Assembly (NCBI GenBank): GCA_009859145.1
Contig: VRVR01000050.1
Location: forward strand, 1-64,000
DNA from: Andalucia godoyi And28
Taxonomy: Eukaryota > Protista > Jakobida
Length of the DNA stretch: 64,000 nucleotides
Direction: 5' to 3'
Shown here: positions 42,331 to 54,240 of the stretch, in pieces
Numbering within the stretch: the stretch's first letter is position 1
How the letters are laid out: each line of letters opens with the position of its first letter
Program-made: the position numbers and the translations under genes
The notes under the pieces: model-generated
Seen by the model: the letters and a program-made list of their open reading frames with translations, nothing else
What the model was told of the DNA's origin: nothing
The model's database searches: none

Positions 42331-44889
42331 TCAAGATTTTCCTTCGTAGATGCGCATCGATTCTTCATTCCTCTGTAGAAGAACGTCCGCAATCCTTCGC
42401 GCGTCGTCGTGGTTGTCGCGCTGATTCTGCTTGAGCTGTGCATGCAGCATCGTCATCAAATTCTCGATGAAGGCCATGTAGCGTCCCAGTATCGTGCCAA
42501 TCGTCCCCTGGCTCAGAACAAAATCAACATCAACATCAACATCCGCATCCGCAAGACCTGGCAGGACAGAAATCGCGATGCTTGGATCCAACTCCCGCAA
42601 AGACGGGGCTAGCTGCATAAGTCGCATCGAGTATAACCGTATCTCGTTTGCCATCGCAAGGCGCCTCGACTCCTCTGCATTGTACTTCGTTCTTAGCTCC
42701 ACATATTGCGCTTCCAGCTCGCCTCTCGCTCTCTGCTCTGATCGAATGCTCGCCGTCAGTTCGTCGATCCTGGTCCCAGACTCGTCTTCAAGCTGCGCAC
42801 ATCTCGCTTCCGTTTCACACAATCGGTTTCTTGCTGCGCTGAGATCTTCTTCCTTTAGCACCAGAGAGCGGCTTTGGTGATCGAGGCTCTGTGTCAGACT
42901 GTCAACATGTGAGCCCAGTTCCGTATTTTGTCGAGTCAGCAGATCACAATGCTCCTCAACGGTCTCAATCCATTCACAATCCTGCATCCGCAATTCTTGC
43001 TCTTTCGAAAGACTCTCCGCCAGCGCTTTGGCTCTTGCCTCGAGCTCCGCTTGGGAACGAAGAAACAAGGTGAGTCGATCTTCGGCATCCGACAGCTTTG
43101 CTCCCAATTCCTTGCGAATCACGCTGCACTCATCGATTTTACTGCGGAGACGATGCGCTTCCGCAAGAAACTGTTCTTCTCGTTGGAAGGACTGCACACG
43201 CTCCGCATCCGACACACCTTCCAATTCGGCTACGCGGTTGCGACTGGCAGTCAACGTCGCAGTGAGCAACGAATTCTCTTCCTGCAACTGCTTCAGTTGC
43301 GACTCCAGCTCGGATATCCTTCCGAGTGCCTCTTCTCCCCCTTTGCAATCTGCCAGCTTCCACTCGGCATGCTTGAGACGCGACTCGTAATCAGTCTTGA
43401 CTGATGAAATGTAAGCTTCGGCTTCCTGCCGGATGGAAAGAACGGATTCTGCAAAGCGCCTTTCAAACGCTTTGGACTCCGAAAGCAGCGATTGCTGGTT
43501 GCGCAGCTGCAGTTCACGAAACCTCTGCTCCGATTCTTCGAGTTTCGTCTTCAACGCTTCTGCGATTGCAGCATACTCTGCAATGTACCGCTCAGCGCGT
43601 TTCTCGACTACGCGAATAATCTGTTCTTCCCGTCGTTTCAGATCTGATTCCATTGAAGAATGATGCACAATGCTGATGCCGCTGGCATCGAATGAAGGCG
43701 GTGATGTTGAGGATACTTCGTAAGGAGAAGAATGATGCATAGCCCCGGATGTGTTGGTGGCCGGAAAACATGGAGAAGAGATGGAGGCTTCTGGCACGGA
43801 AGACAGGGTCAGCTCGGTCTCCACTTCGACTGTCGAGTCCGCGGGGCCAAAGAACTTGCTTGCATACCGGGTAGAAGCAGCCGCAGCGCTGTTCAACGAC
43901 GAATGAGAATTAATTGCAGGCGTGCATCTGGGCGGAGTCTCTCGGCTCGAAAATGCAAGCAGAGGAACTCGTGGGACAGACATCGAAACATCGCTGCGGT
44001 GAAGTTGGTGGCTTGAAGATCGAATAGGGCTTTCCGTTAGACTGCCTGACGCATCTACACTGTGGTGGCGGCGGCCTGCATTTCGCAAGGACGCCTGATT
44101 TCGAGCGAGAATCTGCTGAAAGTGAAGCAGAGCATCGTCCATAGCAAGGTTGCCAGACACATCGCAAAAGAAGACTGCAGATCCTTCGATCGCCTTGGCA
44201 AGGACCGCAATGCCCTTTCCGGATACTGAATTTTTCGACAGATTCAGACACTCCAGAACCTGGGGTGCAATCGCTGAAGCTGATGACGGCGTTGCGCTCT
44301 TGGATGCAGACACCTTTCGAGCTTGTTTTTCAACAATCTGTGCCAGCAATGCAGCCAATTTGTCGGAAAAGTGGTTATCTCGAACATCCAACTGTTTAAT
44401 GTTGCAATTTGACCCCGAGAGAAACGCTGCAATAGAATCTGCGGACAGATCCGTGAGTCCATTTCTGGACAACACCAAGCAGTTCAGAGTCTGGAAAGGA
44501 GACATTGTAAAAGTAGACAGCATATCAATCACTGCATAATCCCCCAGTCTGTTCATTCCGATGTTGAGATACTCGACTGATGATCTTGATATACCGCGGG
44601 CTAGCTGCTGCAAGGAAAATGCATCCAATGATGTGCACCACAGCGAGAGCTTGCGAAGCGGCACATCGAAAGTGATGGCGGGATGCACAACATCAGTCAT
44701 TGTCGAGTGGACCGACGACTCGCTGTTCTCATTCGTGATTCGAGCGAGAATGCGTTCGATCGAATGCCGAGGAAACGGGTTCATGGATAAATCAAGAAGG
44801 CCACTCGTCGCGCTACGATCAATGCGTCTCATGAAAAACACGGAAGACATTCGATCTTCGGATTTCCGCGCTGAGTTCACAACTGACAT
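42331..44889 (-). CDS. RNI-like leucine-rich-repeat protein with a long coiled coil
   Basis: Repeats of the LxLxxNxI/L type (YLNIGMNRLGD, LVLSRNGLTD, LDVRDNHFSD, LNLSKNSVSG), followed by a heptad-rich C-terminal half. Confidence 0.75.
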   Translation of the reverse strand: MSVVNSARKSEDRMSSVFFMRRIDRSATSGLLDLSMNPFPRHSIERILARITNENSESSVHSTMTDVVHPAITFDVPLRKLSLWCTSLDAFSLQQLARGISRSSVEYLNIGMNRLGDYAVIDMLSTFTMSPFQTLNCLVLSRNGLTDLSADSIAAFLSGSNCNIKQLDVRDNHFSDKLAALLAQIVEKQARKVSASKSATPSSASAIAPQVLECLNLSKNSVSGKGIAVLAKAIEGSAVFFCDVSGNLAMDDALLHFQQILARNQASLRNAGRRHHSVDASGSLTESPIRSSSHQLHRSDVSMSVPRVPLLAFSSRETPPRCTPAINSHSSLNSAAAASTRYASKFFGPADSTVEVETELTLSSVPEASISSPCFPATNTSGAMHHSSPYEVSSTSPPSFDASGISIVHHSSMESDLKRREEQIIRVVEKRAERYIAEYAAIAEALKTKLEESEQRFRELQLRNQQSLLSESKAFERRFAESVLSIRQEAEAYISSVKTDYESRLKHAEWKLADCKGGEEALGRISELESQLKQLQEENSLLTATLTASRNRVAELEGVSDAERVQSFQREEQFLAEAHRLRSKIDECSVIRKELGAKLSDAEDRLTLFLRSQAELEARAKALAESLSKEQELRMQDCEWIETVEEHCDLLTRQNTELGSHVDSLTQSLDHQSRSLVLKEEDLSAARNRLCETEARCAQLEDESGTRIDELTASIRSEQRARGELEAQYVELRTKYNAEESRRLAMANEIRLYSMRLMQLAPSLRELDPSIAISVLPGLADADVDVDVDFVLSQGTIGTILGRYMAFIENLMTMLHAQLKQNQRDNHDDARRIADVLLQRNEESMRIYEGKS

Positions 44890-45361
44890 TTTCCTATTTA
44901 GACGACGCACCTATTGAAGCATCTTTTTCTTCCCCGCCTTCTCTTTTTTCCTGTTCAATATTAATTTAAAGGTTGAGTACTTCCACTATAAGAAAACGAC
45001 AACTACGACGACGAGGAAGACAACGAGGAAGACAACGAGGAAGACGAAGGAACGATGCAGCTGAGAGAGCAATGCATTGAGGGAAATGAGCGGCGGGAAA
45101 GGATGGAAAAGCCCGGTCAGCGGGAGATTTCCCAGAGTAATTCTCCGCCGATAAGTATTTTGTCTGTTTTATTTCATGTACAGCCACCCCGCCAACCAAC
45201 CCACACGTCCTGTGGACAGTCGTGATTTCATGGGATAGTACGGCTGAGTTGAGAACCGTCGACCTCCGACGAAAAATGGATTGGCATGCGTTTGAAGGTG
45301 GTACTTTGTTTGTGTTTATAGTGTGCTTGTTAGTGTTCTTGCTGTTTGGTAAAGTGAGTGA

Positions 45362-46654
<1,293 letters not shown>

Positions 46655-46945
46655 CAGTCCTCCCCATTCACGTGAACGCGCCACAACCAATGTATCCACT
46701 CGTTCCTATTCCAGGCGCCTTTATTACTATCGTTATTTATTTATTATTTTTTTTTAATTATTAATTTTAAATAGAAAATTTTAAATTTAAAATGTACAAT
46801 AAAATCATGAATGGGGAGGAAGCGGAAAAATCGAAGCATCGCTATCCGCATTCTGCAATATGCAATCGAGTAAAAAATAAAATGCAACAAAAACCAATTG
46901 TTCTTTCTGCTGTTTGGAGAGAGGAGCGGGAAGGCTTTTGTTTTG

Positions 46946-48247
46946 CTAAAGAATGGTGCAGTGACAGCCCTTCTTTTTCGACGATTCATTGTCACGGGCA
47001 TCACTACGTGGTTTTCCCGCGGTGTCGCCACCTGTCTCCTGCCCAGGAGTGGATCGGCTCGTCGCAGTTGCTGCCCCTTCTCCGCTCCTTGCACTCCCAT
47101 TGTGATACGTGCCGTCGACCTGCTTGTTTGGTGCAGCCGTCACGATGATGCGAGTCGGCTCTCCACCCTTCTTTTCCAGCTCGGCCTCTTCATTATGCAC
47201 CTTTTCCAAGACTCTGGATTTGAACTCCTGGTTTTTTTGTATCATAATTGCAATCGAAAAGAAGGACTCAAATTCGGAGAACTGCGAAAACGGCGTGTGC
47301 AATCGCGAACCAAACATGATCGTTGCATCCGGAGACGCGTGCCACCCACCATTTTCCGCATCCCTTGCATCGACATCTGCTGCACGGTCCCCCACCGCAA
47401 GTGGAGTAGTGTGCCATCTTAACAGCGCCCATTCTGCAAGAACGAGATCCACCCGCGAGCATCCAAGAATCTCAGCACAGATCCACGGAGTTGTCGCAAA
47501 CCACTGGAACAGCAAACTCTTAAAATCGTAGAAGAAGAGCATTAGCTCCGGTTGCGGCTGCTCTGCTTCAACATCACAATCTGTATGGGGATCCTTTTCA
47601 AGCGCATCGTTCTCCTCGTCAGACTGGGCTAGAACGGAGCAAATCAGCGTGTACAGGACCATACGAGGTACTCCAGTTCCACACCATTGTTCGACGGGGG
47701 CAAGGATGGATTCATGCAGTAATCCAGCAGGCACTGCGTCAAAGACAACGTGCAACACCGCTGCTGCTTCGCGGAACGACAAGACTGGACCGCGTATGCC
47801 AAGCATGTCAAGCAGCCGCAGAAACCGCGATCGCGACTCTGCACTTCTCCACATGGAGTACGAGCACAGCGACAATGGCTTCACTTCACCATGGTGAGTG
47901 GAGTCTGCGGTGGCTCCGGTGACTGCAGCGCCTGTCGAGGACACATATATTTGACTTCTACCAATCTCGTTCTCCTTGTTGGATTCCGAGCCTTTCGTCG
48001 TCGAAGAAATCGACATGGACTGAAGAATCTTGTCATCATCATCAAGTTTTCCAGGAAGGAACGTCGGCCTCTTATCCCCAATCCCCGTTCCTCCTCCACC
48101 ACTCCCAACCGTGCCCTGCTGATGCGTCGCAGGAGGTCCTGTTGAGGACGACCGGTACGTCGACGGAATTGACCGGGGCCGATACGTCGAAAAGGAGTCG
48201 ACAAACGACGGTGCAAACAACGAAGAGCGCACATGCCAAGTAGCCAT
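46946..48247 (-). CDS. Hypothetical protein with a C-terminal polybasic-CaaX motif
   Basis: 433-aa ORF ending SSKKKGCHCTIL*. Confidence 0.7.
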   Translation of the reverse strand: MATWHVRSSLFAPSFVDSFSTYRPRSIPSTYRSSSTGPPATHQQGTVGSGGGGTGIGDKRPTFLPGKLDDDDKILQSMSISSTTKGSESNKENEIGRSQIYVSSTGAAVTGATADSTHHGEVKPLSLCSYSMWRSAESRSRFLRLLDMLGIRGPVLSFREAAAVLHVVFDAVPAGLLHESILAPVEQWCGTGVPRMVLYTLICSVLAQSDEENDALEKDPHTDCDVEAEQPQPELMLFFYDFKSLLFQWFATTPWICAEILGCSRVDLVLAEWALLRWHTTPLAVGDRAADVDARDAENGGWHASPDATIMFGSRLHTPFSQFSEFESFFSIAIMIQKNQEFKSRVLEKVHNEEAELEKKGGEPTRIIVTAAPNKQVDGTYHNGSARSGEGAATATSRSTPGQETGGDTAGKPRSDARDNESSKKKGCHCTIL

Positions 48248-48796
48248 TTTTGTTCCCCTCTCAGTCTGTGTCTGTGTGTGTTTTCCCTCCTGTTTCTCAC
48301 AACTTTCTGATTTCCGTCGTGTTGGATCCTATTTCTGCAGAACACTTTTCATATAAATAAAAAAAACAGGTTAATACGACTGGTAGCAAGTAACCGTTGG
48401 TGCGTATTGTTTTGACTCCAAATAACGACGCACGTATGACAAGCAAGACGAGAGAGCTTGAAAATAATAATGATAACAATTATGAAACAAACGAATTTAC
48501 GAGTTTGGAAAAAATAATACTCGTTTCAGATTGATTTCGACTTCCTTCTCCACAAGTTCCCTCAAGCCTCAATTGATGCGGGCTCTCTCTATTTTTTCGG
48601 TTTGACTGCCCTTCCAATTTCTCGGTCTTCCTTTGGCTCTTTGGGTGATTTTCTCCCTTTGTTTTCACGTGCTTGTCTGACAGACTAGCACAAGAACCCA
48701 AAAAACAAAAACAAAAGAAAAAAGAGCGTCAAAAGAAGAAGAAGAAGAAGAAGAAGAAGAAGAAAAGAGGAGGAGAAGGAGGAGAAGGAGGAGGCT

Positions 48797-49867
48797 ATGA
48801 GTGATCAATTCGAATCTGAGATTGATTCGCAATCGCAAGCTGCGTCGCATAAAATCGAACAATCGAATGAAGATCACATCTTATCATCAACATCATCGTC
48901 ATCGTCGATGCTGGTGCCGTTGGAATCGCGGCCATCTCCATCACAAGTACCTGTGGACCCGTCGGATTCGCAGCAGTCTATCCCGCGGCCTCCGTCTGCA
49001 AACCGCATCCAGCCGAGACCTTCTTCAGCAGCTCGCGGAGCCCGTTCGTCATCGCCAGCATCGGTGTCAGCATCAGCATCAGCATCGGCGTCGAGACCTG
49101 GTTCATCGTCAGTGCAGCGAAGGTCGACGTCGGTCGTGCCCGTGTCTGTGCTTCGGAATGAGAACATTGCGATGAAGGAACGGATGTGGAAGGAAAGAGC
49201 ACTGCAGGAATGGCTGAGACGACGGACGGTGCTGCGATGGCGAGACGCAGATCGAGAGTTGCGGATTGCAGAATCACGAACGCTGAAAGTCGCAAACGAA
49301 GAAAAACGGAAGGAAGGAGACCGCAAGGAGCAGTCTGCGCGATCGGATCTTGAGCGTAGCCGACATGAGAAAATCAAGGAGAAAGAGAGAGAACGAAACC
49401 AGAGAGAGGTTGAGCGGGTGAGCGAGTTCCGCGCTGCTCATGAATCCAGAGTGGAGATGATTGCGGAAATGATGAGAAAGCGCGAGGAAGAAAGGCTTGT
49501 GCAGGCGTCGGTTCTGAATGACCGCAAGAAAGAAGAGCGAGAACGGGATCTGAAGCGAGAGCGCATGCTTGAGGAAAAGGAAAGGGCGCGCATCGAGAGG
49601 AATCAACAGTGGTGGAAAGAGTGGAAGCAAAAGGAGGAAACAGAAAAGTCATTGGCGGACAGAGTAAGAGAGGTAGAAGGGGCAGTCGACAAGCTGTACG
49701 ATGAAAAGCAGAATGATCGATTGGGACTTCGGAGAGCCGGTGCAGGGGGGAGAACAGAAGACGAACAGATGATGAATGTGATCCGAATGGAAAAGATCGC
49801 GCAGAGAGAACGCCTCCGAAAGATGAGAGAAGTCGATCGTTTGAAAAAGGCTGGCGTTATCGCGTAA
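48797..49867 (+). CDS. Ser-rich N-terminus plus charged coiled-coil protein, function unknown
   Basis: 356-aa ORF with coding-like composition. Confidence 0.65.
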   Translation: MSDQFESEIDSQSQAASHKIEQSNEDHILSSTSSSSSMLVPLESRPSPSQVPVDPSDSQQSIPRPPSANRIQPRPSSAARGARSSSPASVSASASASASRPGSSSVQRRSTSVVPVSVLRNENIAMKERMWKERALQEWLRRRTVLRWRDADRELRIAESRTLKVANEEKRKEGDRKEQSARSDLERSRHEKIKEKERERNQREVERVSEFRAAHESRVEMIAEMMRKREEERLVQASVLNDRKKEERERDLKRERMLEEKERARIERNQQWWKEWKQKEETEKSLADRVREVEGAVDKLYDEKQNDRLGLRRAGAGGRTEDEQMMNVIRMEKIAQRERLRKMREVDRLKKAGVIA

Positions 49868-50051
49868 AAAAAAAAAAGAAACCTCTCTATTTTTCGCTCG
49901 TACTTTTTCTTCTTCTTCTGTCGTCAGTCCGTGCCATTCCATGTAACGGGTATCTCACATGCATCATCTTCGGAAGATCAGTGTGCTCATTTCTCGGAAC
50001 CGAAGCTGTAGAGCAATTCATATCTCCTATGCTCGGATGGTGGTAGAGGAA

Positions 50052-50054
<3 letters not shown>

Positions 50055-50142
<88 letters not shown>
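50055..50142. repeat. (GA)n microsatellite
   Basis: Perfect dinucleotide run. Confidence 0.97.
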
Positions 50143-50145
<3 letters not shown>

Positions 50146-50478
50146 AAAAAAATGCTCCGATTGAGTCTCTCTGGCGCTCGAATTTCAATTGGCGCGAACC
50201 CAAAATAAGAGGCGGCTCGTGTCCCTTTTTTTGTTTGTTTGTATTTCAATTTTTTGCGTGTCTCCATTCTCTCGACTTTGCACTTCAGCATATTTTTTCT
50301 TGTATTTCCTGGACTCACCTTGCTCTTTCTTTCTCTTCGAGTCTCTCTTCTTTTATTTCTATTATTTATTATTATTTTTTCTTTTGTATTATTTTTATTA
50401 TTTTATCTATTTTTTCATTCTTCTTCGTTTCCAATTTTTTCTTATTTCGAGAGAGAAAGACAGACAGACAGACAAGCC

Positions 50479-51132
50479 ATGGCGCCTCGAACAACAGCGG
50501 AAGACAAGCGCCGGATCATTCTAAACATTTTCCACACGAAAGCCGAGCCTTTCACTCGGGCGGAAATGGAAAAGATCGCATCGAAAGCTGGAGTTCGCCA
50601 GCAGGTTGTGAAGGAGGTCATTGACGAGCTGGTGGGAGACAACTTTGTGGACCAAGAAAAGATCGGCATCAACCAGATTTTCTGGTCGTTTCCCTCTGCC
50701 GCAACGCAAAAACTGAAATTCAAAATTAAAGAGGCGACTGAAAAAGTCGCAGGTCGCAAACGAGATGTCCAGGAGCTGGAGCGCTCGATTGCCCAGGCAT
50801 CAAAGGGGAAAGAAGACACGCAGGAGCGTCGAAGTCTCGTGAGCAGGTACAATGAGCTGCTGGACGAAAACAGCAAGCTGAAAGAAAAGTTGAAGGTGGT
50901 CGAAGAAAACGACCCTGTGTACATTGAAGAGGTGAAAGAGGATGCAATGAAGCTTGTGGATGCCGCTCATCGGTGGACAGATAACATGTCTATTCTGCGA
51001 GACTCGATCAAGAGAAAGTTCAACGTCTCGGAAGTGGACGCCAACAGTGCCCTTGGAATCGAACAGGAGCTTCTCTACTTGGACGAAATGAAGCCAGAAC
51101 TCTTTGGTAAGAAGCCCGTCTCTAAAAAGTAG
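50479..51132 (+). CDS. MND1: Meiotic recombination protein Mnd1
   Basis: AEDKRRIILNIF...EMEKIASK.GV..QVVKEVIDELVGDNFVDQEKIG....FWSFPS...AAHRWTDN. Confidence 0.92.
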   Translation: MAPRTTAEDKRRIILNIFHTKAEPFTRAEMEKIASKAGVRQQVVKEVIDELVGDNFVDQEKIGINQIFWSFPSAATQKLKFKIKEATEKVAGRKRDVQELERSIAQASKGKEDTQERRSLVSRYNELLDENSKLKEKLKVVEENDPVYIEEVKEDAMKLVDAAHRWTDNMSILRDSIKRKFNVSEVDANSALGIEQELLYLDEMKPELFGKKPVSKK

Positions 51133-51639
51133 CCACCCGCTTTCCATGCTTTGTTTCGTCTACGTGTACCAATATGTGTACTCGTGCATGCTTTGGCGCA
51201 TGCAGCATGCGGTGTAGCGAACGACGAATGGCGAAAAATCTCAGTTAGTGCTGCATCCGTCATCACTCGGTCAAGCATCACTGATTGTACTGTATCTCTT
51301 TTCTTTTTCCATTCAAATTAAATCAAAGGCAGAACGTTTTCACCCCGTCAGCAGTCAATAGAGTACTCGACACTCCAGCACTCCAACGCTCCACAGCAAC
51401 TGCGGAACATTTGGTCCTGAATCTCGAAATTTCCCGACGGTCACCTTTGCAATCATTTGGAGGAAATCCCGACAGGTTTTTCATCGTTGGCTGATTCTCT
51501 TTCAGTTCTTCGACTCGACTGGCTTTTGATATACATATTTATTCTATCATTCTCAATATTTTTTTAATTCCTTCTGTTTTTCTCTTGCCCTTGCCCTTGC
51601 CCTTGCCCTTACGATTGCCCTTACGATTGCCCTTTGTTC

Positions 51640-53280
51640 ATGCGTAGCTGTGGTTGTGGGTGTGGCTATACTCACATTCTCTTGGCTGCCGCATGCTGTC
51701 TGTTGGTTGCGTCGATTCCGTTTGCAATTGCGGACGACCCGATCGTGCGCGCCACTCCGTCGGTGTTGTCGAGGAACGGCGATTCCGTAACAATTTCGTG
51801 GTCGGTGTCGGATCCTCATGAGTTCGACAAGATTGTCATTCGATCGCCGTCGACGTCTCCAGTGGATATTTTCTACCATCACATCACGGTGTGTCCGGCT
51901 TGGAAGTCTGGGAACTGCTCCTTGGCGCTTCGACTGGTGAACATGCGGACGGATTATGCATTTGTGTACATGACAGAGCACAAAAGAGTCGTTGCACAGT
52001 CGAATGCAGTGACATTTGCGAACCCAAATGAACCTCTGGAAGGTCATATTCAGCTCAACGAAGACTCCTCCGGGTTGTGGGTGCATTGGACAACCCGTGA
52101 TAACCTTGGCGACTCGCAAGTTCAGATGGGCACGTCTCCCGGTTTGTACGATTCGTATGTTAAGCCTGCACAGGTTGACACGTATGCCGCTTCCCAGATG
52201 GTGTCCGAAGCAGCAGAACTGGGCTTCCGCGATCCGGGACACTTGTACACGGTGCATCTGGACGGACTGAAGCCTGGTGTGCAGTATTTCTACCGCTATG
52301 GATCGCCAACTGCTGGGTTTTCGGCCGAGTATTCGTTTACGGGTCCTTCTGTTGGCCAGAACTATCCTTTCCGGATGTCGTTCATCGCGGACATGGGCAC
52401 GGACGGCGGGTATCCCCACAACTATCCGCAAGCACCAGTTACAGCGAGCGGTGTGGCGGATGATGTCTACGGTTCATCGAATTTCGGAGCCCATATGGTG
52501 TTGGACGTTGGTGACATCTCGTATGCTCGCGGATGGGGATACATTTGGAGCTTGTTCCACGACATGATTGAGAACATTGCGGTTCGTGTCCCGTGGCAAG
52601 TGGCGATTGGAAACCACGAGCTGCTGTTCAAGGGCCACAATTGGGAGCCCGGCTGGCGGAATTCATACGGAGATGATTCCGGTGGCGAGTTGGGTATTCC
52701 CTATTCAGCACGATTTGGCTTTGCCCCCTTCACATCTCGTCCCCACTGGTACTCGTTCAACAACGGCCCGTTGCACGTGGCAATGCTGTCGTCGGAAGAA
52801 GACTTTGTTGCCGGTTCTGCTCAGTATAATTGGTTCGTCAACGACATCAAGAGCGTCAATCGCGAAGTGACTCCATGGGTGTTCATGGCGATCCATCGTC
52901 CGTTCTACGACGTGTCTGTCAAGGACCCGTTGGATGAAACCTTGAAGCATCTGCGCGAAACGTACGAAAACTTCCTGGTTGCAAACAAAGTCGATATGGT
53001 CCTGTCCGGACACGTTCACTGTTATGAACGAACGTGCCCGATGAGCAATGGCGAGTGTGTTGCCGATGGCGAGGGTCCAGTCTACGCAGTCAGCGGTTCT
53101 GCAGGCGAAAGCCACCACGCCCCGTTCAATCCACTCATCAACAAGTGGTCCAAATTCCACACGCTCGATTACGGACGATCGCGAATGACAATCGCAAACT
53201 CCACCCACCTGCTTTATGAATGGGTTGCGAACGCAGATGGAAAGGTCAAGGACGAGTTTTGGGTCATCCGAAAGCCGTAG
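51640..53280 (+). CDS. Secreted purple acid phosphatase (metallophosphoesterase)
   Basis: Signal peptide, FN3-like N-terminal domain and the ADMG, GDISY, GNHE, HRP and GHVH metal-binding motifs. Confidence 0.93.
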   Translation: MRSCGCGCGYTHILLAAACCLLVASIPFAIADDPIVRATPSVLSRNGDSVTISWSVSDPHEFDKIVIRSPSTSPVDIFYHHITVCPAWKSGNCSLALRLVNMRTDYAFVYMTEHKRVVAQSNAVTFANPNEPLEGHIQLNEDSSGLWVHWTTRDNLGDSQVQMGTSPGLYDSYVKPAQVDTYAASQMVSEAAELGFRDPGHLYTVHLDGLKPGVQYFYRYGSPTAGFSAEYSFTGPSVGQNYPFRMSFIADMGTDGGYPHNYPQAPVTASGVADDVYGSSNFGAHMVLDVGDISYARGWGYIWSLFHDMIENIAVRVPWQVAIGNHELLFKGHNWEPGWRNSYGDDSGGELGIPYSARFGFAPFTSRPHWYSFNNGPLHVAMLSSEEDFVAGSAQYNWFVNDIKSVNREVTPWVFMAIHRPFYDVSVKDPLDETLKHLRETYENFLVANKVDMVLSGHVHCYERTCPMSNGECVADGEGPVYAVSGSAGESHHAPFNPLINKWSKFHTLDYGRSRMTIANSTHLLYEWVANADGKVKDEFWVIRKP

Positions 53281-53423
53281 TTTCTCAATAAAAAGAATTA
53301 CCCTACGACCCTTCATACGCTGCTGCTGTCATCAGCAATCTTCATGATTTTCAACGCAGACACTTTGCGATATATTACTATTTTATTTTATTTTTCGCCG
53401 CATCGGACGTAAGAAAGAATGCA

Positions 53424-53657
53424 CGCCTATATTGCATACTAACCCACGGATGATCATCGCTGATCACCCAACAACATGCATAATGCAACGCGGCGGCGTG
53501 TTTATAGGGATTTCATGATCAAAATGGGGCCAAACGAATCGGGCATCGTGTGACGGAGCTGTGAAGATAACAAACGCATGCGCATGCGCATGGCGCGTGG
53601 CAGTGCTTTCGTTTGCATGCGCTTGAGATTGCTTCATCATATCGCAATAAGTGGCAG
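53424..53657 (-). mobile_element. Minimal (234 bp) Fanzor2-derived element, subfamily B, copy 4
   Basis: The left ~175 bp aligns with ~23925-24099 and the right ~46 bp aligns with 23390-23434. The interior is deleted. Confidence 0.82.
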
Positions 53658-53728
53658 CTGTCTATGTGTCAGTCCAGCGTATTTTGGACATCATTCTTGA
53701 CTGTAAATCGAACACGAAGCATCCAGAT

Positions 53729-53800
53729 GCCCTCTTAGCTCAGTGGTAGAGCACCACTCTCGTAAAGTGGGGGTCCGCAGTTCGATTCTGCGAGGGGGCA
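53729..53800 (+). tRNA. tRNA-Thr(CGU)
   Basis: Full cloverleaf: GCCCTCT/AGGGGGC acceptor, GCTC/GAGC D-stem, CCACT-CT CGT AA-AGTGG anticodon arm and CGCAG-TTCGATT-CTGCG T-arm. A poly-T Pol III terminator follows. Confidence 0.97.
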
Positions 53801-54240
53801 ACATTTTTTTTTCTCCCGTCTTTTTATTTTTTTCCTTTGCTTGTCAATTTATTTCCTGATTGTTCCTCAGTTCTGCGATGCAGTGCAATGCGGAGGATGA
53901 TGGATGACGAAGCACCTCGCAATGGATTCGTGATGACAACGACCACAGTCTATCACCCATTACCCTCAACTCCCGCGTTGCACAAACCAGCGGAATAGTC
54001 AAGAGGAGCAGCAAAGTGACTGCACTCGGCACGATCGTTTTGAGGATTCTTTTTTCTTTTTTCTTTTCTCTTTTTTTCCCCTCTTTTGGGTGCAGACATT
54101 TCAGACAGTAAGCGGACTCTTCGACCAGATTCCGAAACCCTGAGCGGTAAGATGTACAGAACAACGGCATTGTTTACATTCTTGATGAAAGAGGGCGAGT
54201 ATGGCAAGTATTGGTCGCACAGAGTACGGAAAAATGAAAA

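Noticed and set aside
51553-52431. Long antisense or alternative-frame ORFs (also 26626-27435, 34692-35393, 35411-36244, 14606-15397)
   Set aside because: They are shadows of well-supported genes on the other strand or frame, with no motifs of their own.
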